A stretch of 64,000 nt of DNA from Octopus vulgaris (lineage: Eukaryota): NCBI GenBank assembly GCA_951406725.2, contig OX597828.1, forward strand, positions 3,782,001 to 3,846,000, in the 5' to 3' direction. The notes beneath the pieces are model-generated. The model worked only from the letters and a program-made list of their open reading frames with translations, was not told where the DNA came from and did no database searches. Both the position numbers and the translations under genes were made by a program. This document shows, piece after piece, positions 58,753 through 64,000 of the stretch (position 1 is the first letter of the stretch; every line of letters starts with the position of its first letter).

Positions 58753-59878
58753 ATCATCAGCTTTTATTTTGTATTTCTAATGATTTCAAATGCCATCGGA
58801 GTCAAGTTTGTCTGTCATCCGTCCAGATTCTATGAAACAAAACATCAGTTGCGTATCGATAATGATATAGTGGTATATCTCCTCTCCAAAACTTTCTAAC
58901 CTCGTGAACATCTAAGAAATTATTATTATATACTTGAAGTATATTCTTGATAATAACTTATTGATGCATGACCACAATCCGGTTTCTGTTTCCAAACATA
59001 AATATTTCAGATTATATCCATATAGAATAGATTTACAATGGATAGGATAACATAAGTCGCAGCTGGACTTTAGCTGCTACCATTTTCATAAATTAAACGA
59101 AGATCCTTCTACATCGCAAGTATTTGCGCACAAACTATTTAAAGTGAAGTATGAGAAATAAATGCATGTAAGTAGTGTTATTTTTGAAAGCATCACGACC
59201 TGTTCATGATATGCAAGTAAATCATTAGAAAGGGCCTCGGTTGAAATGTTATTAGAGTACCAATATATAGCAAATGCGATAAGATTCATTGCCATGGCAA
59301 CTGAACATAACGTCTTGATTTTTATTGATTTAGCTTCATGAATTAAAGAACTAAACGAATATATGTAATCTGTCTTCAGCCACTATAAGTAAGATTTTCT
59401 CCATTTCTCTCAATTTAGTCCTATGTATAGCCGTCCGTGTCTTTTCATAACTTCCTTTGTCTACATGTATCCTTATATCATAATGCCTATCTCACTTTCT
59501 TGTTTTCGTTATTTTTCTCTTATTTGTTTTAGAGAAAAACAAACGCAACAAACAAATATTTGTATAGATTTTTCCCTCTCTAACGAAATATTTCATGTGA
59601 ATGCGTTCGAATCTAGGTTAGAAATGATTTTTATTTGTAATATATTAGATTTTCATGATTTTCTTCAATATCATTTCAAGGAGAGTACATTTATGTGCCT
59701 ACTAAGTAGAAATAGCAAACATAACTACCTCAGATCACGTGATACAGTCTTTTAGTAATCTATGCACATTATAAAGGGATCCTGGATGTATTCTCTTGGG
59801 GAAAAGCATAAATGATAAAGACAACACCTTTGGATACAGGAGTTATTGAATAAGATTGATATCTTCAGCTATTTAATT

Positions 59879-59935
<57 letters not shown>

Positions 59936-60372
59936 ATTACAAAAGGTGAAAATTAATTAAGAAGTAATCAGTAATTTCACCAAGTAGAATTCGGCATGTA
60001 AAAGACCAATTCATGGTAAATTTAAGTGATACTAAATAATTAGGGTTCAGCAACGATTCAGTGTGTGGTGAGGCAAATCGTTGCAGAATCCTAATTATTT
60101 AGTATATATATATATATACACATACACACAAAGATATGATTTTATGAAAAAATCAGTGTAAATAGAGTATAGATATTAGGCTTTATAATCGTAACAGTCT
60201 TCAGATATCATGAATATATCTTTTTAAAAATTATAAAAACATATTTAATTTCGAAGACTACTTTCACAAGCAGGTGCGTGTATGTGGAATGCTCATTTAC
60301 ATGTTTACAGGGTCATAAAAAACTAACACCTGTTTTCAAGCGAGAATGGGTTCGTACACAAACACATACATA

Positions 60373-60428
<56 letters not shown>

Positions 60429-61644
60429 TAGAAGTCACAATAGTAACAGGGGTCGAAATTGACAAAAATAAACTGAAGGTATTGACTGTCACCACTTGAG
60501 CTAGAAAGGAGAGTTAAAACAATTCAAAGGCTACAAAGCACACATTTCCCAATGACGGGATTCCCCCACAAGACATATAAGTACTTGCCCAAGGTACTTC
60601 CTTTTCATAAATATTCGCATGCAACGTCCTGTCAAGCTGAACTTTGCATATATTCGGGGGCCCGGGTATTTTTCTATATGCATCATACCGTAAAGTTGAC
60701 TAATTTCTTATTGGTTTATATTCAACCGAGGGCTGAATATATACATCGACGAATGTATAGCTTATACTTACTTCTTTATTTCTAATGTTATGCGGTTGAA
60801 GCAAAAGTCATGTGAAGCTGCTTACATTTCCGTCATTTGCTATTTAGCAGAGAGTTACTTTGAATCCGGCAATTGCTTCTCCATTCTATGTTGTGCTTTC
60901 ATTGATCAAACAAGCAAGACTCATTAGACTACCGCGTAATTTTAATTAATTAAAATTAGTTTGGTTCGCCACTTCAGTTATATTAACTCCCTCTCAACTA
61001 AAGGGTTTTCATGCAAAACGCGACTTTGGGTAATTTCCTCAATTCATTCTTTGTGTTACTGCTGCTAGTTGTGTCATTTCTCCTGACAAACACTCAAATT
61101 TCCTATCAACATAATTTACTACATTGTTACTGAATGAGTGATGGGATCAAATGACACCTTCAGCTTTCTGATATGTTCTTGATATGTTCTTACGGATCAT
61201 ATCAAAATTCCGCTCCAGAAAGAATCATTTCTGCGTTAGTCTGTTACATTTATGTGTGTGCTTATTTCTGTGTGTGTATGCGTATTATTATGTAATCAAA
61301 CCTCACAAATGCTGATTGCAACGTCCACCTTACATCAGTTGAGGATGATTATTATCTATACTTGCATGAAATTATAATGTAGACGTATCATAGTATACAC
61401 ACCTAAACACATACACACATTTACACCCATTCTTAATAATACATATAACCACCAACCTGTTAGAAATAGCAGTTAAATTTTTTCGACTCAAACTCTACCG
61501 ACTTAAAAAAATATGAAAGCATACATTGGCAAAAATTGTTTTGGATACACAAAATGATGGCCACAAGGGAAATGGATTTGATGTAACATGGTTTGTTCAA
61601 GTCTATACAATTGCAACATCAACAATATAACATAACTGTAATTA

Positions 61645-61872
61645 CAGTAATTCCTCGACTATCCTGGGTGTTACGATCTAAAACATCCCGCGATAGGTGA
61701 AAATCCGCGAAGTAGAAACAGAACTGTACTGTATATTTTTCTTTATTATTTTTATAATTGTGAATATTTATTTAATTATAAATGCAAAACAACACCACGA
61801 TCGACGTAAGCTTAAATAATAAACCGCGATTAGTGAACCGTATAGGTGAACCGGATATGGCGAGGGATTACA

Positions 61873-61873
<1 letters not shown>
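61645..61873. mobile_element. pogo/Tigger-type MITE
   Basis: TA-flanked; homologous to 57061-57281. Confidence 0.85.
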
Positions 61874-61928
<55 letters not shown>

Positions 61929-64000
61929 ATTTAAAGTATAACAATCTATTGGTACGAATCGAGCCGCTCATTTTATTGCAAGAAAACCTTGAACTAAACA
62001 TCGATTTTCTCTATGCTTTCTGAAACTCCTGAAAATATCTGAATCTTAAAATTAAGGCCCACTTAATCTGGGAAGAACACTGACGCACGACATATGAATA
62101 TAAAATCAATGATAGTCATAATTGCATTGTGTTTAGTCGTTTTTGCGCAGTCAGTTTTGAGAGTGGTGCTAAAGAAGAGCAACCAGGAAAGAAATGCTAA
62201 CCATTAGCTTTTGGATGATGACACAAACAATAATTGGCATAGTTTAAACGATATCAACGTATCTAGCACTCTACAATAATGATATAGGAAAAGTAGAGCG
62301 TTAATAATGATATAGAAACCCTTGACACATTTAAAATTTTCGAAAATATATCCTCTACATCCTATTAAATAAAGCTTTACACACACTTAGATAATCCATA
62401 AACATGCTTTGGAAAATGTCAATATCTAAATATAAATATGAGAAAATTAGTCGATACATAAATGTACTTACAGTTATATCAAATCATGGAAATATTTCGA
62501 CCGATATAGAAATACAACGAACAAAAAGACCTATACACTGAATGTATCCCTCCCCCGAAGACAGCAGAACAGTAATAACAAACTGAAGATATGTCAGTTT
62601 TCACTTTCAGCAAAAATTTCCTTTCTACTTAGCTATTCTATAAGTTATTCAACAACGTCATTTATGAACACATATTCTTCTCTGATAAAAACAAGATTGT
62701 CCGAATGCTAAGACACTCTTTCCCCGCAGGCAATCGAATCTTTCTTGTCTGGGCTTCACCGTTCTTAAATATGCCCATTAGTTCGTATTCATGCATATAC
62801 GACAGTTTTCAAGAATAGTTCAATCGCTTCAATTCATTTACAGATATCAACACAAAAGTACTTTTCGCTTCAATATAATGGTAATTTTTCTCCTTTTCAT
62901 TCAAGTTGTTACTTTCTAACATTACATGCATTCAGTAGTAGTGGAAACTATTTTTCAGCCTCTCATATTCACTGTCAGATTTTCTGAGAATGCAAATCTT
63001 CTTTCTTTCTTTCCTCGTTTTTTCTTTCTTTCTCTCTTTTTTCTATCTCAAGTTCTTTCTTTCTTTAGCGTTTCTTTCACTTTTGTTATAACTCATTCCA
63101 TCCCCTTCATTCACCAGCTGTTTTCTTTTTGCTTTTTTTTATCTTCTTAGAATTTATTTTTAAAACTCGAGCAATTATTCACCTTCACCACTGCTGAGAA
63201 TGAAACTGTCTTCTTCATTTTAATTTTCTCCATTAATGATCAAAACCTTTCCATGCGATTCCGATAGATTCTTCATTAATGTCAAGGAAATTACATTTCA
63301 TTGCCAACACATACATCTTCCTTCTCTCTCCGCTGTACACCACTTACGTTAGCTATTTCTGACATTACCATAATCCATCGTTCACAAGACATAATTGTGA
63401 CATTGAAAATAAGAGATATGGAAGATAAGAAAAAATAACAACAAGCTGCATAAAATGAAAGATAAAATGAAAATACTATTTTAATAGTTGAGTCAATAAT
63501 ACTAACTTTCATAGCACAATTTTCCAATACATTTTCTTATATATTTTTTTTACTCTTTTTTTATCCATGTCAATCTCCAAGGTGCTGTGCAATTTTAAAT
63601 ATGCAAAGAGTAACAAAAATATGTGTAATTCACTATGTAAATAAACACACTCAAACTCAAAGCACACACGAGTATGCACAAATAAGCGTGTGTGTGTTTC
63701 TGAATACGTGTGCGTATGTTTATGAATGTGTGTGTAAATATAGCTGTCTCGTTTTATCTGCAAATGTTTGTATGTGTGTCTGTTTATATTTGCACACCGT
63801 TCATATGGGGGAAAATACTGTCTAGTATCCTATTGATAAACCCACTTAAACCATTTATAAACGTGTAATATAAAACGAATTAATATCTATAGACAATTAT
63901 TCTCAAAGATTTATGGCCATTTATATTAACGTCTCTTTATGTAGAAGGGCTAGTGGTGACGGCGGCGACATATATATGTCTGAAGCAATCAAATAGAAAG

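Overview
Eukaryotic, AT-rich, microsatellite-saturated non-coding DNA, very probably from an octopus, judging by the tRNA-derived SINE families and the (TA)n/(CA)n density. No intact host gene could be supported; nearly all listed ORFs are microsatellite translations. The window is a transposon graveyard: three Penelope-like (PLE) relics, R4/Dong-type LINE relics, Tc1, mariner, pogo, MULE and Helitron relics, MITEs and three SINE families. The notable signal is RNA structure: more than ten hammerhead-ribozyme (HHR) motifs in short (TA)n-embedded, often fold-back elements. One multi-copy non-coding family (five loci, one with an 810-bp tandem unit) carries a hammerhead whose three strands are in a non-circularly permuted, pseudoknotted order, supported by compensatory stem changes between copies. 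All folds were assigned by eye; activity is untested.
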